Positions 12,812-40,592 of a DNA stretch of 64,000 nt are shown here, in pieces. The position numbers and the translations under genes are program-made. Each line of letters starts with the position of its first letter. The first letter of the stretch is position 1. The notes under the pieces are model-generated. The model had not been told where the DNA came from. It saw nothing but the letters and a program-made list of their open reading frames with translations, and searched no databases. The stretch comes from Macrostomum lignano (lineage: Eukaryota): NCBI GenBank assembly GCA_002269645.1, contig NIVC01001620.1, forward strand, positions 195,461-259,460, in the 5' to 3' direction.

Positions 12812-13501
12812 CATCAAAGGAGGCGATCGCAGCCCCGTTGAACTCAAACGGCTGGCACCAACTGTCAAGTGAAGTCAGCGAAGGTCACCAAACTCGTATT
12901 TAGTTTAAATATTAGTCAGTAAAACGCAGTTTAAACTGTTTATTTGTTTTATTAACATAAGCCATTAACATTTTTTCCAAACAGGAATAATCTTGCAAAA
13001 TTCAGTGCATTGCGCAGTTGTTCACACCTTGACTTAATTACTCGGATCAATTAACTATCATTAGTAATAAAAATAGTTAGAGAGCTCAACAATTTACAAT
13101 TAAGGCCTCTCTGGAAATCAGTCAGTCAGATTTTATATTGCTGCAGCCGCAGCGGGTAAAATAAAAAATAAAGAGGCTTTGAAAACTAAAATCACTCACA
13201 CAAAAAAGCAGAGAAGGCACAACAAAAGAGCTTTGGTAAAACTGCCGAGAAAAAAACCAATTGAGCCAAAAAACACGAAGTGTTGTTCTCGCGTTTTTAT
13301 TTATCTGCGATTTTTCTTAATTTCAGCGATAGAAAATTTGACTGAAGAGAGAAAGAGTACAAAAATATTCGAGTTTTTAGTGCACTGTTTTCATAGAGAG
13401 AGAGAGAAGTTTTGAGACAACATTACTGTTAGGAGACAATGCCTTAGAAAGTAGACACAGAAAGCCAAGAGTCTCTGGGTTGTCGGTCTCGAACTCCCGG
13501 C

Positions 13502-16500
13502 TCAGGCAGCTTGCTCTGAAATTCAGCATCAAGTTTGCATTTGCGAATTCATCTCGGTAAAATGTGTCGTTTCCACTTCCCGCCCTTTAGACCGGCCATC
13601 TATTCCGCCCCTAAGATCCGCCCCCGATACTTCCTCAGAACCAACTTCCGCCCTTGCAATCCTCTCTCAGATCCGCTACCCAGATCTGCCTCTCAGATCC
13701 GTCCTTCAGATCCGCCCTTCAGACCTGCCGCTCCAATCCTCACTCAAATCCGCCCTTCAGCCCACCCTTCAGATCCGCCCTCAGAGCTGCCCTCAGATCC
13801 TCCCTCAGATCTGCCCCTCAGATCTGCCCCTCAGATCCGCCCTTCAGATCCGCCCCTCCAATCTCCAATCCTCTATCAGATCCGCCATTCAGATCCGCCC
13901 CTCCAATCCTCTATCAGATCCGCCATTCAGATCCGCCCCTCCAATCCTCTATCAGATCCGCCATTCAGATCCGCCCCTCCAATCCTCTATCAGATCCGCC
14001 CTTCCTTCAGATCTGATCTTCAGATCCGCCCTTCCTTCAGATCTGCTCTTCAGATCCGCCCTTCAGATCCGCTCCTCCAATCCTCTCTCAGATCCGCCCT
14101 TCAGATCCGCCCTTCAGATCCGCTCCTCCAATCCTCTCTCAAATCCGCCCTTCAGCCCACCCTTCAGATCCGCCCTCAGAGCTGCCCTCAGATCCTCCCT
14201 CAGATCTGCCCCTCAGATCTGCCCCTCAGATCCGCCCTTCAGATCCGCCCCTCCAATCTCCAATCCTCTATCAGATCCGCCATTCAGATCCGCCCCTCCA
14301 ATCCTCTATCAGATCCGCCATTCAGATCCGCCCCTCCAATCCTCTATCAGATCCGCCCTTCCTTCAGATCTGCTCTTCAGATCCGCCCTTCAGATCCGCT
14401 CCTCCAATCCTCTCTCAGATCCGCCCTTCAGATCCGCCCTTCAGATCCGCTCCTCCAATCCTCTCTCAGATCCGCCCTTCAGATCCGGCCTTCAGATCCG
14501 GCCTTCAGATCTGCCCACAGATCCGCCCCTCAGATCCGCCCTCAGATCCGCCCCCCAGATCCGCTCTCTGAACTCACGTTCCTCCGCGGCGGTCTCGCCG
14601 CCCTGAGCGGCGGCCTCTCCCTCGGCGGCCGGCGCCGGCGAAGCGGCATCTGGCGAGGCGTCACCGGCCGCCGGCGTCGCCGAAGCCTCGGATTGGTCTC
14701 CGGCCTCCGGCGCTGCCGCTGCCTCGTCCGCCGGCTTTTCTTCGCCCGCACCTTCGGCATTCTCGGCTGGCTGCGGCGTGGAACTACCGGCTGCGGCGGC
14801 GCCTGCCAGTTAAAAAAAGTGAACGGTCGTAATTAAATAGATTTCAAACTGGCCGGCTTCATCGCTTATTAAAATGTTTACCAGTCTCCCCGTTTGCCTC
14901 GGGGGCAGCGCCGTTCTCCTGCTTCTTGTCGGCGTTGTCGGCCGCGTTGGCCTGCTGCTGCTGCTGCTGCTGGCCCGCTGCCGGCTTGGAGGAGTTCGCG
15001 GCCGCGTTGCCGCTGGCCGCCGTCTGTCCGCCCGCCGGCTTATTGCCGTTCGCAACTGGATGGTGGGAAAGGGTGGGTGGGTTTTTATCGTTGCGGAAGT
15101 AAAGTTAGTCTGCTTGTAATGGCGGTGAGTCCCTCCTAACTCACTTCCCAACACGCATCCGCCCATCATCCGCCCATCATCCGCCCATCATCCGCCCCAT
15201 CGTCCGCTGTCTATCATCCGCCCATCATCCGCCCGTCAACCGCCCGTCAACCGCCCCATCATCCACTCTCTAACAACCGCTTCATTTATCCGCTCTCTAT
15301 CATCCGCCCCATCATCCGCCCATCAGCCGCCCCATTATCCGCCCCATCATCCGCCCCATCATCCGCTCTCCATCGTCCGCCTCATCATCTGTCTAATCAA
15401 CCAGTTATCAACCGCCCCATCACCTGCCCTAAAATATTCTTTGTTTGTCTTCAGTTCTCTATCATCCCTCATCCGCCCCCCCCCCATATCCGCCTCTCGT
15501 CAGGACTGTCTTTTTACAATCAGTTTAAACGGACCACCTGCGTCATTCAGCATCGTGGAAAAATTATAATGCGCAACTGAATTTTTTGTTATCGATGCCC
15601 TGTCGGATCTCCACCGCCTCCGCGTTGCTAGCCAAAATAGTCAGTTGAAACGGTGGGGGGGGGGGGTTATCGCATTTCCATTGTCCACCCCGCGGCCCTC
15701 ATGATTCCCAATTATCCATATCTGGTATGAGGAAGAGGGGAGGCGGGTTAGAGGGGATGGAACTTCCAGCCTCTTTAAAGCTGCGGCCCCCTGTCGCGTT
15801 GTTAGCCAAATGATTTCGCCGCGACCCTCTGTCTCTCTCTCTCTCTCTCTCTCGCTCTCTCTCTCTTCGCGTTTGTGTCCGGTAGCGAATGGGTTGGTGT
15901 GGATGGCTGGCGGGCTTGCCCACTAAAACAAACGAACGTTTAGTAAATACGTTGCCATGGTAACGCTGAGGACTGGGGGGGGGGGAAGAAGGAAATAGGA
16001 GAGTCGCCAGACGGGACAAGCTCTGTTTTCCATGCCCCAGTTCAACCCCCCCGGCTGCTGAAGTGTGCGGCAGGATTGTAGACGCCGACAAAAACAATTT
16101 TCCACCCCAATCCCCAGAGCGCTTCTACTAGAGGCAGGAGAGGGGAAGAGAGAGACGCCGGGTAGGGAAGGTAAAAAATGGCTCGCTGCGGTGTGAGTGG
16201 GGAATTGGGGAGTAAATAGATTCCCTATAGACCTGCCAGCTGCATTCTCTATTCCCTGTTCCCTGTTCCTACCCTGGTTGCCAGGGCCATGGACAGCTAA
16301 CTCTGTGGAGTTCTCAAGCGAGAGAAAGAGGAGAATGAGATGAGATTTCAATGCGATGTGGGCTTCCCCCCCCCTCGTTTCTCTATTTTTATTTTTGCAG
16401 CTGTTCGCTCCAACTCTGCACACGCTTAGCATTGGTTACCATGGCAACAGGTTTTTTACGAATACTATAGTCATTTCGCGTTTGCAGAGATTTGAAGGCC

Positions 16501-16832
16501 CCGTTTGACGATAACCGATGAAGAGAAAGGAGATTGGACATTTGAATGCTAAAATTCAATAATTTTGGTGTGCTGGGAAGATTTGAAGCATTTGTCTACT
16601 CAGAATCTTCGGATTGTGGGGTAGTAGCTAACGAAAAACCAGCATAGCTAGAAAACCAGCTGAAAGAGATGATGGCACTGAGGGCCTCAGTTCCATTCCT
16701 GACTTATGTTACGAGCATATACGTGACAATGATTTCGTTGATTACAATTGATTACATTCACAAGCTCTTTTATTAAAATACATGTACTTCGTTCTTACCC
16801 TGTTGCTGGCCTTTGCTGCTGTTGCAACCCAT
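13502..16832 (-). CDS. Orphan 148-aa intrinsically disordered Ala/Glu/Pro-rich protein with an N-terminal myristoylation/palmitoylation motif (MGCNSSK)
   Basis: Hand-spliced exons (minus strand) 16832-16799, 15055-14882, 14802-14578, 13515-13502; all GT-AG, all phase 1, 447 nt. Translation MGCNSSKGQQQVANGNKPAGGQTAASG...AENAEGAGEEKPADEAAAAPEAGDQ...GGETAAEEQQAA*. Exons 2-3 show GC-rich codon usage like the other genes. The last exon is the least certain. Confidence 0.82.
13610..14570. repeat. CAGATCCGCCC(C/T)T-type minisatellite in intron 3 of the MGCNSSK gene
   Basis: Repeating AGATCCGCCC core; source of the 433-aa QIRPSDP pseudo-ORF. Confidence 0.93.
15160..15425. repeat. CATCCGCCC(C) degenerate repeat
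   Basis: Repeated ATCATCCGCCC motifs in intron 1 of the MGCNSSK gene. Confidence 0.85.
15951..15964. promoter_or_regulatory. RFX X-box (GTTGCCATGGTAAC)
   Basis: Exact match to the established X-box consensus GTNRCC-N0-3-RGYAAC; one mismatch to the palindrome GTTGCCATGGCAAC. Confidence 0.7.
16435..16448. promoter_or_regulatory. RFX X-box (GTTACCATGGCAAC)
   Basis: Exact reverse complement of the site at 15951; matches the X-box consensus. Confidence 0.7.
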
Positions 16833-17174
16833 GCCGATATGTCAATCAGTTGGTTTTCCTGTCCTGTCGACTGTGTGTACACACGAAAGCGAAACCCGGT
16901 CAAGACTTTGTTATTTAACCGGCTTAAGGGAAGTCGAACTGCTTCTAGTCAAGAAAAAATCGATTTCTATAAGCTGGGGTAGAAGAACTATAATTTCAAA
17001 GCAAGCAAGATTAGAAGAGACTGGCGGCAGCTGCTGCAGAAGCAGAAGTGAGGACAAAGGAGGGACTGGCAAAGACAATGGGGCCGAGGCGAGGCGGGAG
17101 GTCTCTCTTGAGGGGGGGGGGGGCTGGCGACAGCATTTTTATTTGCACCCCAGGTTTTGCTTCAGGATATGCTC

Positions 17175-17188
17175 GTTGGCATGGCAAC
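17175..17188. promoter_or_regulatory. RFX X-box-like site (GTTGGCATGGCAAC)
   Basis: One mismatch to the X-box palindrome; about 340 nt upstream of the MGCNSSK ATG. Confidence 0.6.
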
Positions 17189-17685
17189 GGGCTCGGGGTT
17201 GGGATCGGGGTTGGAGTGGGGAAGCAGCAGGAAAACTGTCAGGCGTTTGGGAGGCTGGGTAGCGGGAGAGATGGAGCCACGGATTGGGGGAATTTGGGCA
17301 TAGGGAGAAGTTGCGCGATTATTTCTGCTGGGAATTATAGAGCTGGGCATGGAGGCGGGTTTTGGACAAGGCAAACAGATGAGGAGGGAGTTAGAGGGGT
17401 TGGGTTGAGCTGTTGCTGAGCAGGCCAGAGGGGAACAGCAGCGTGGGAACTGCCAAGCTCTACAATATTGAGCAGCCGTCTGAGCAGGGAATGAGCACCA
17501 ATTGGATCCGATTAGATCTTTGGAGAATTAAGACCAAACAAGACGTTGAAAGCAATTTGCAGTTGTCTGATTAACCAATTGATTAAAATCGAATTCTTGA
17601 CAGAATTTTCATGCATCACACTTTTGTAAATGTTTTTTCACACGTCCTGTTTCGTGGCGCTCTCACGGTCACTGCCACCGGCACT

Positions 17686-18665
17686 TTGGTTGTCACTGTC
17701 ACTGTCACTGCAACCCCTCACTGTCACTGCAACTCCGTCACTGTCACTGCAACCCCGTCAATGTCACTGCAACTCCTCTGTGTCACTGAAACCCCGTCAA
17801 TGTCACTGCAACCCGTCACTGTCACTGCAACCCCGTCACTGTCACTGCAACCCCGTCACTGTCACTGCAACTCCTCTGTGTCACTGAAACCCCGTCAATG
17901 TCACTGCAACCCGTCACTGTCACTGCAACCCCGTCACTGTCACTGCAACCCCGTCACTGTCACTGCAACCCCGTCACTGTCACTGCAACCCCGTCACTGT
18001 CACTGCAACCCCGTCACTGTCACTGCAACCCCGTCAATGTCACTGCAACTCCTTTGTGTCACTGCAACCCCGTCACTGTCACTGCAACCCCGTCACTGTC
18101 ACTGCAACCCCTCACTGTCTCTGCAACCCCTCACTGTCACTGAAACAGTCACTGTCACTGCAACCCCTCACTGTCACTGCAACCCCGTCACTGTCACTGC
18201 AACCCCGTCACTGTCACTGCAACCCCGTCACTGTCACTGCAACCCCGTCACTGTCACTGCAACCCCGTCACTGTCACTGCAACCCCGTCAATGTCACTGC
18301 AACTCCTTTGTGTCACTGCAACCCCGTCACTGTCACTGCAACCCCGTCACTGTCACTGCAACCCCTCACTGTCTCTGCAACCCCTCACTGTCACTGAAAC
18401 AGTCACTGTCACTGCAACCCCTCACTGTCACTGAAACAGTCACTGTCACTGAAACAGGCACTGTCACTGTAACCCCTCACTGTCACTGTAATCCAGTCAC
18501 TGTCACTGAAACAGTCACTGCAACCCCTCACTGTCACTGCAACCCCGTCACTGTCACTGAAACAGTCACTGTCACTGTAACCCCTCACTGTCACTGTAAT
18601 CCAGTCACTGTCACTGAAACAGTCACTGTAACCCCGTCACTGTCACTGCAACCCCGTCACTGTCA
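17686..18665. repeat. 20-bp minisatellite (GTCACTGTCACTGCAACCCC)
   Basis: Tandem periodicity; source of the VTVTATP pseudo-ORFs. Confidence 0.96.
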
Positions 18666-19010
18666 CGATACCAACTTATTAAACTAGTGGATTTACTGAT
18701 GAATGACTCCGAAAAAACTATTTAAAAAATTGAAGGTTTACCGATTGAATATTGATATTTCATCATTTATTCAATTGAAAACACACGGAAGCATCTCTTG
18801 ATGGAAAATGTTTTTGTTTATAGCTCATATTGTTAGTAATAAATAAAAACGCATATGAAGTATATAGAAGTCGGACGTTAACACGACGCATTAATAGACA
18901 AAGACAAAAAGTTACATAGTCACATGCAATCTTGCTACTTGCAGTAGCTAGTAATATTCATAGTCAGTTTAATTAGCCCGACACTCGACAACTGCTTGAC
19001 GCTCGAGTGC

Positions 19011-35382
<16,372 letters not shown>

Positions 35383-35654
35383 CCGAGCGACAAACAGCCA
35401 CAGAAGAAGAAGAAGCAGGAATTCTTTCGCAGAAATTATCGGTTGGAAGAAAACAAAAAGTTAAATGTCGGCTAGGGGGGGGGGATTTCTGCACGAAGAC
35501 AGCGTCAGCTGATGCGCTAACTTCCCAGACCCCCGGGACCCTAGCGCTGTGGATAATATAAGAGACTGCATGACCAGTTCAGGCTGCAGTATTGCGCGGC
35601 AGACACGCATTTGGAGACAATTTTTGAAGTTCTCGAAAGATAGATTTCAAAAAA

Positions 35655-37811
35655 ATGCAACGCGCGATTCGATACTTTGCTCTGATTGCCATGAGCTGGC
35701 TTGGTAATTGATTAACTATTGTTTTGTAACTTTTATAGTGAAATAGCATATATATGAGTATTGCTTTTTAGCCAGAGACTTATTAGCATATATGATGGGT
35801 ATTAAACCGTGAGCCACTGTCAAGGTTGAACAATGTGTTTCCTTAAAGTTACCTTTTTCTACATTAAACCATAATAAATAGCACTATTATAGTAATAAGT
35901 AACAAAAATTAAGACAGACTGTCCACCTATTAGAGTAGGGTGTCCACCTTTAGGGGTAAGGGTGTCCACCTTTAGGGGTAAGTGTGTCCACCTTTAGGGG
36001 TAAGGGTGTCCACCTTTAGGGGTAAGGGTGTCCACCTTTAGGGGTAAGGGTGTCCACCTTTAGGGGTAAGGGTGTCCACCTTTAGGGGTAAGGGTGTCCA
36101 CCTTTAGGGGTAAGGATGTCCACCTGTAGAGGTAAGGTGTCCACCTGTAGGGATAGAGTGTCCAGTGTCCACCTGTAGGGATAGGGTGTCCACCTGTAGG
36201 GATAGGCTGTCCACTTGTAAGGGTAAGGGTGTCCACCTGTAGGGATAGAGTGTCCACCTGTAGGGATAGGCCGTCCACCTGTAGGGATAGGGTGTCCACC
36301 TGTAGGGATAGGGTGTCCACCTGTAGGGGTAAGGGTGTCCATCTGTAGGGATAGGCTGTCCACCTGTAGGGATAGGGTGTCCACCTGTAGGGATAGGGTG
36401 TCCACCTGTAGGGGTAAGGGTGTCCATCTGTAGGGATAGGCTGTCCACCTGTAGGGATAGGGTGTCCACCTGTAGGGATAGGTTGTCTACCTGTAGGGGT
36501 AAGGGTGTCCATCTGTAGGGATAGGGTGTCCACCTGTAGGGATAGGGTGTCCACCTGTAGGGGTAGGTTGTCTACCTGTAGAGATAGTGTGTCCACCTGT
36601 AGGGATAGGGTGTCCAGGATAGGTTGTCCACCTGTAGAGATAGGGTGTCCATCTGTTAGAGTAGGGTGTCCACCTGTAAGGATAGGGTGTCCACCTGTGG
36701 AATAGGGTGTCTGCCTGCAAGGATAAGAGCGTCCACTAAAAGAGGGACTAAGTAGACACCACTAAAAGCTACGAGTCCAGTGGTACTTGAGAATAGGGTG
36801 TCCATGTGTAGGGAAATAGCCGAGATTGTCCCAGATTGACAGGTTCTGATAGCCAGAGCACATTGTTCAACCCTGAAGCCCATAGGATAAATTGAACAAT
36901 CGCCAGGATGAGAAGACCCGCTTCGAATCCCTTCGCCCGCAGGCCTCATTTCGCTGCCAACCGTAGACGCAGCCAAAAGGCCGAGGCCGACTCCCACGAC
37001 CGTCCCGATGCGCAAGCTGTGCCTGGAGCACGGCGGCGCCGACTGGATCTTCACCAAGAGCTTCTCCATAGGCGAGATGCTGCATTATTGCGAGACCCTG
37101 GCTGGCAACACGGCTACGCTGCAGCGAGTCGCCGAGCAGTGGCCGAGCATCTCCGACCAGCGCGGCGCCTGCTACAATCCTGACAGTTGGACTTTCCAGC
37201 CAGGCGCCTACAGCTTCCTGTTGCGAGCTATATTCCGTCATCATATCGATGTCAACCTGGACGGCAAGATGAGCTGGCGAGAGATGCGGCTCTACCTGGA
37301 GCCGGCGCTGCGCTACCGCCTGCTTCCGGGCCTCCTGGATGACGAATACCGCAGCCTGCTGGACGCTCACTTCCGCGGCTCTCGAACGCCCCGGATGCCG
37401 ATTAGCGAAGCGGAGTTCGTGTCGGCCGCGCTGCGGATGCTTCGAGCCGAGTGGCCGCTGCTGGTGAAGCGGACCATCCCGGATCTGGACGGCGACAACT
37501 GCGTGACCAGGGCGGAGTTCGCCAGGGCCGACTGTCGGCGCAGGATCAAGGAGGTGGACCTGTACTTCCGGGTGGCCGATCTGGACGGCAATCGGGCCGT
37601 GACGGGGCCGGAGCTGATGCACTTCCGGGACACGGTGCAGCCGCAACCGGGCGAGGAGAGCGGCGCGCAGGCGTTTAATGCGTTCTTCGGCGCAGTGCAG
37701 GGCATGATCGACAGCTACAAGGAGGACTATTATCATAAGACGTCGTACGCGCACGATCAGATGATCACGTTCAACGAGATCAATTTGTACATCTGCGATC
37801 GAGTCATTTAA
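35655..37811 (+). CDS. Secreted multi-EF-hand Ca-binding protein, about 305 aa, 2 exons
   Basis: Exon 1 35655-35703 (MQRAIRYFALIAMSWL, donor GTAATT) splices in phase 1 to exon 2 36943-37811 (GLISLPTVDA-AKRP...), giving a signal-peptide-like N-terminus. EF loops DVNLDGKMSWRE, DLDGDNCVTRAE and DLDGNRAVTGPE; 6 Cys; no KDEL/HDEL. Confidence 0.82.
35930..36725. repeat. 21-bp G-rich minisatellite (GGGTGTCCACCTGTAGGGATA; TTAGGGGTAA variant at the 5' end)
   Basis: Tandem array in intron 1 of the EF-hand gene. Confidence 0.95.
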
Positions 37812-38339
37812 AGTACAAAAACACTGCTAAATTCAATGTATAGTGTGCAGTATAAACTCTCGTATGAATACTTTCGATTAAAGTACAAAGCAGTTATTTA
37901 CAAAATAAGCAACATAGAGATTCTAAAAGTACATAGAAAAAGTGTACACTAGAGGCCTTACTAAGATATAGTCTCTCATCTCGAACCTCGCTAAGATCTC
38001 GAGACCATTTTCATCCGGACTCGAAAACAACTCGAGTATCGATGATTAAAAAACAACTTGCTCGTGAAGTTGGCTTTGTTCAATGATTTCTCTAACTTTT
38101 TTGTTGGCTAGATTCTTGGCCTACGTAAAGTGCTCAGGCTACTTGGAGTAGCATTGTGCGAATAAGTAAATTAATATTAATCCAATGCTGAAGCCCATTC
38201 AGTTTAGCTATATTTATTTAAAAGTACAAATTAACCAATTAATTAAAAGTTACTGCAGACAAGAATAAGCTTTGTTGCACACAGATGCATTACTACTGAC
38301 ATTAACAATGACTCTGCAGTCATATGCGTTACATCAGTA

Positions 38340-38747
38340 TCACACGGCCATCGGGGCTTTGAACTCGTGGCCGCTGAGCGTGGATAGGCACTTCTTTTCC
38401 CTGTCGCACAGGTATTCGCCAGCGCAGCGCAGCGCCAGTTTGATGTTGTCTATGGGCACTCGGCGCTCTCTCTCTTCGTCGGTAAGCGCGAACACGTGAT
38501 TCAGCACCTCGCTATAATAGAATCGCTCCTGGTTGCCTACGCAACAGATGCCAAAACAGGCTATTAATATTCTTGCCAGGGCCATCATGCTGACTATGGC
38601 AACGATCAGGTTGCCAGTGTAAACAAATAGAACTCGTTCGGTGCTGCTGATACGAAAAGTTGGCCGCTCGGTAGCAATTGGTGAGGCATGTCCAGGACAG
38701 GCCAGGAAAAGTAAAGACAGCGGAATTAGCGAGAGACAACTGCGCAT
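38340..38747 (-). CDS. Small signal-peptide protein (135 aa unspliced; 96 aa if the 38653-38537 intron is removed)
   Basis: N-terminus MRSCLSLIPLSLLFLACPGHA-SP is signal-peptide-like; three spaced Cys near the C-terminus; AATAAA on the minus strand at about 38213-38218. No recognisable family. Confidence 0.55.
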   Translation of the reverse strand: MRSCLSLIPLSLLFLACPGHASPIATERPTFRISSTERVLFVYTGNLIVAIVSMMALARILIACFGICCVGNQERFYYSEVLNHVFALTDEERERRVPIDNIKLALRCAGEYLCDREKKCLSTLSGHEFKAPMAV

Positions 38748-40592
38748 GGCACCTGACTAAAGCGAGTTCCTCATCATCTGCGCTTCATCTGAGCTTGCGC
38801 TCGCAAAAATTCAATCAATTAGCAGTAATGTATATGTACCACAGACGAAAAATAATCACATTAGAGTTATATATATATAATAATCGGGTTTCTTAAAAAA
38901 CATTTTATGATTGTCTCTGCAATGCTACGTTATGAAAGTGCATTCGTAGTAGCTTGTTCAAGCTAGTGTAGGATAGTATCCATATTACACTTACGAGTAG
39001 GTAGATTGCAAATATAGTCACCTAATGCTGTCTAATACACAAACGAGCTCTTTAGGCAAAAAAATTAACCCAAGTATAAATAAGCCTATTTAATCCTAGT
39101 ACTAATCCTTAGTTGAATAATATACTGCTTGAACATAAGTATATATATGAAGTACAGCTACAGTATATTAGGACTCCCTATTACTTATGGAGTTCAATTC
39201 TAGAAAAAAAAGCCTTGTTCATTTGAAAAAATCTAAAATTCATGTATCACCTTTGAATGAAATTTAATTCATAATTTATAAACATATTACAGTGCGCAAT
39301 AACTGTGTCTGTACATCTAATATAAAATAGCGGAATTTTCGACTATTTGCAGCCAAATCAGCCGCAGCTAAAGCATATTATATTATATGCAGGACAGGAA
39401 AGCATTACCAAGTTCTTTTTAGCCAAATAAGTTAGCAATGTTTCGCCATAAAAAATCCTATTATAAGTAACATCTTTACGATTTAAAAAAAGTCTCGCTA
39501 TACCAAAGGTGTATATGTACATACATCCCATACGTCTATACTAAAATATACTGGTATATCTAAATCGTTTATGTATACTATACTCTTCAAAGAAAATTTG
39601 GAAGTGCACAATGTTAAACGAGTTTTGGCTGTGACCTGCAGCAATTATGTCAATAAAATTTTCTACATTCGCATGTTAAATTAGCTTAGAATCATAAATA
39701 ATTGCTGCATATTATATCTGCTTTTTTTACAAAATATAAAGTAAAAAAACAATAAAACTGGGAAAAAGCTGAAAAACAAGTTTTAATCCCCAAATATAGA
39801 CCACAGAAGAATGGTTTGCTATAACGGGTATTTCTACGAAAATCCAAACAATAAAAATTTAACAGAATTCTTCACTTGAACTACTGGACAGCTACAGTTA
39901 GGAGGAACCAGTTAATTCGGCGGCAGGTTGATTCGGCGACAACCAATTCGGCGACAAGTCAATCCGGCGACAGTCAATTCGGCGATATATGAGGGGGCGG
40001 TTAAAATAGGGCGGTAATTTGTCATTCATTGCGTTAAGTTCGCTTGTTTACTCCGTTTCTAAAATAAGACAGTGGTAAAGTCACACGACTGCTGTACAAT
40101 GTACAAAGAATAATGAATAAAGGGAACATAAAATTAAGTTAGCTTTGTAAAATATAAATGTACAAAGCGAATATAAAAAGTAAAAATGAGCTATATTTGA
40201 GCGTGCAGTCTTGCCCATCTATCTAGTAAATTATTATTGGATTCAATCAATAGAGTTTTTTGTCTATTGTGTGGTGATACATATTAGATCAATATAAGAA
40301 GATAATAGTAGATAATATAAAGTAGATTAGTAAATAAATTTATCAGCATGCGGCATAGCCATAGCTAACATTCATTTATTCTTTCATAATAAATGAAAAT
40401 ACCAAATAATATAATAATGTGATTTTTATGTTGAGATTTTTGTGCCAATCCTACTTCAGATAACAAAATTCCCTATCATTTGAATCATGAGTAGCAGCTT
40501 AAAAATTGGCATCTCTTATACTAGTGTTGATGCACAAGCTTGGACCCCCTACCAAAATGAAATTCTAGATCCACCACTAAGCATATATATAT

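Noticed and set aside
14542-15169. Arg-rich protamine-like ORFs (MPKVRAKKSRRTRQR...)
   Set aside because: Alternative frame of exons 2-3 of the MGCNSSK gene. Splice phases and the GCC/GAG codon pattern support the Ala/Glu frame.
16782-16982. Plus-strand ORF with an apparent signal peptide (MYFVLTLLLAFAAVATHA)
   Set aside because: Antisense shadow of the MGCNSSK exon and its GTAAG donor; no other coding support.
35930-36120. Interstitial telomere (TTAGGG-like)
   Set aside because: TTAGGGG is one segment of a 21-bp minisatellite variant, not tandem TTAGGG.
38532-38545. X-box-like GTTGCCTACGCAAC
   Set aside because: Three mismatches to the palindrome, and it coincides with a predicted splice acceptor within an ORF.
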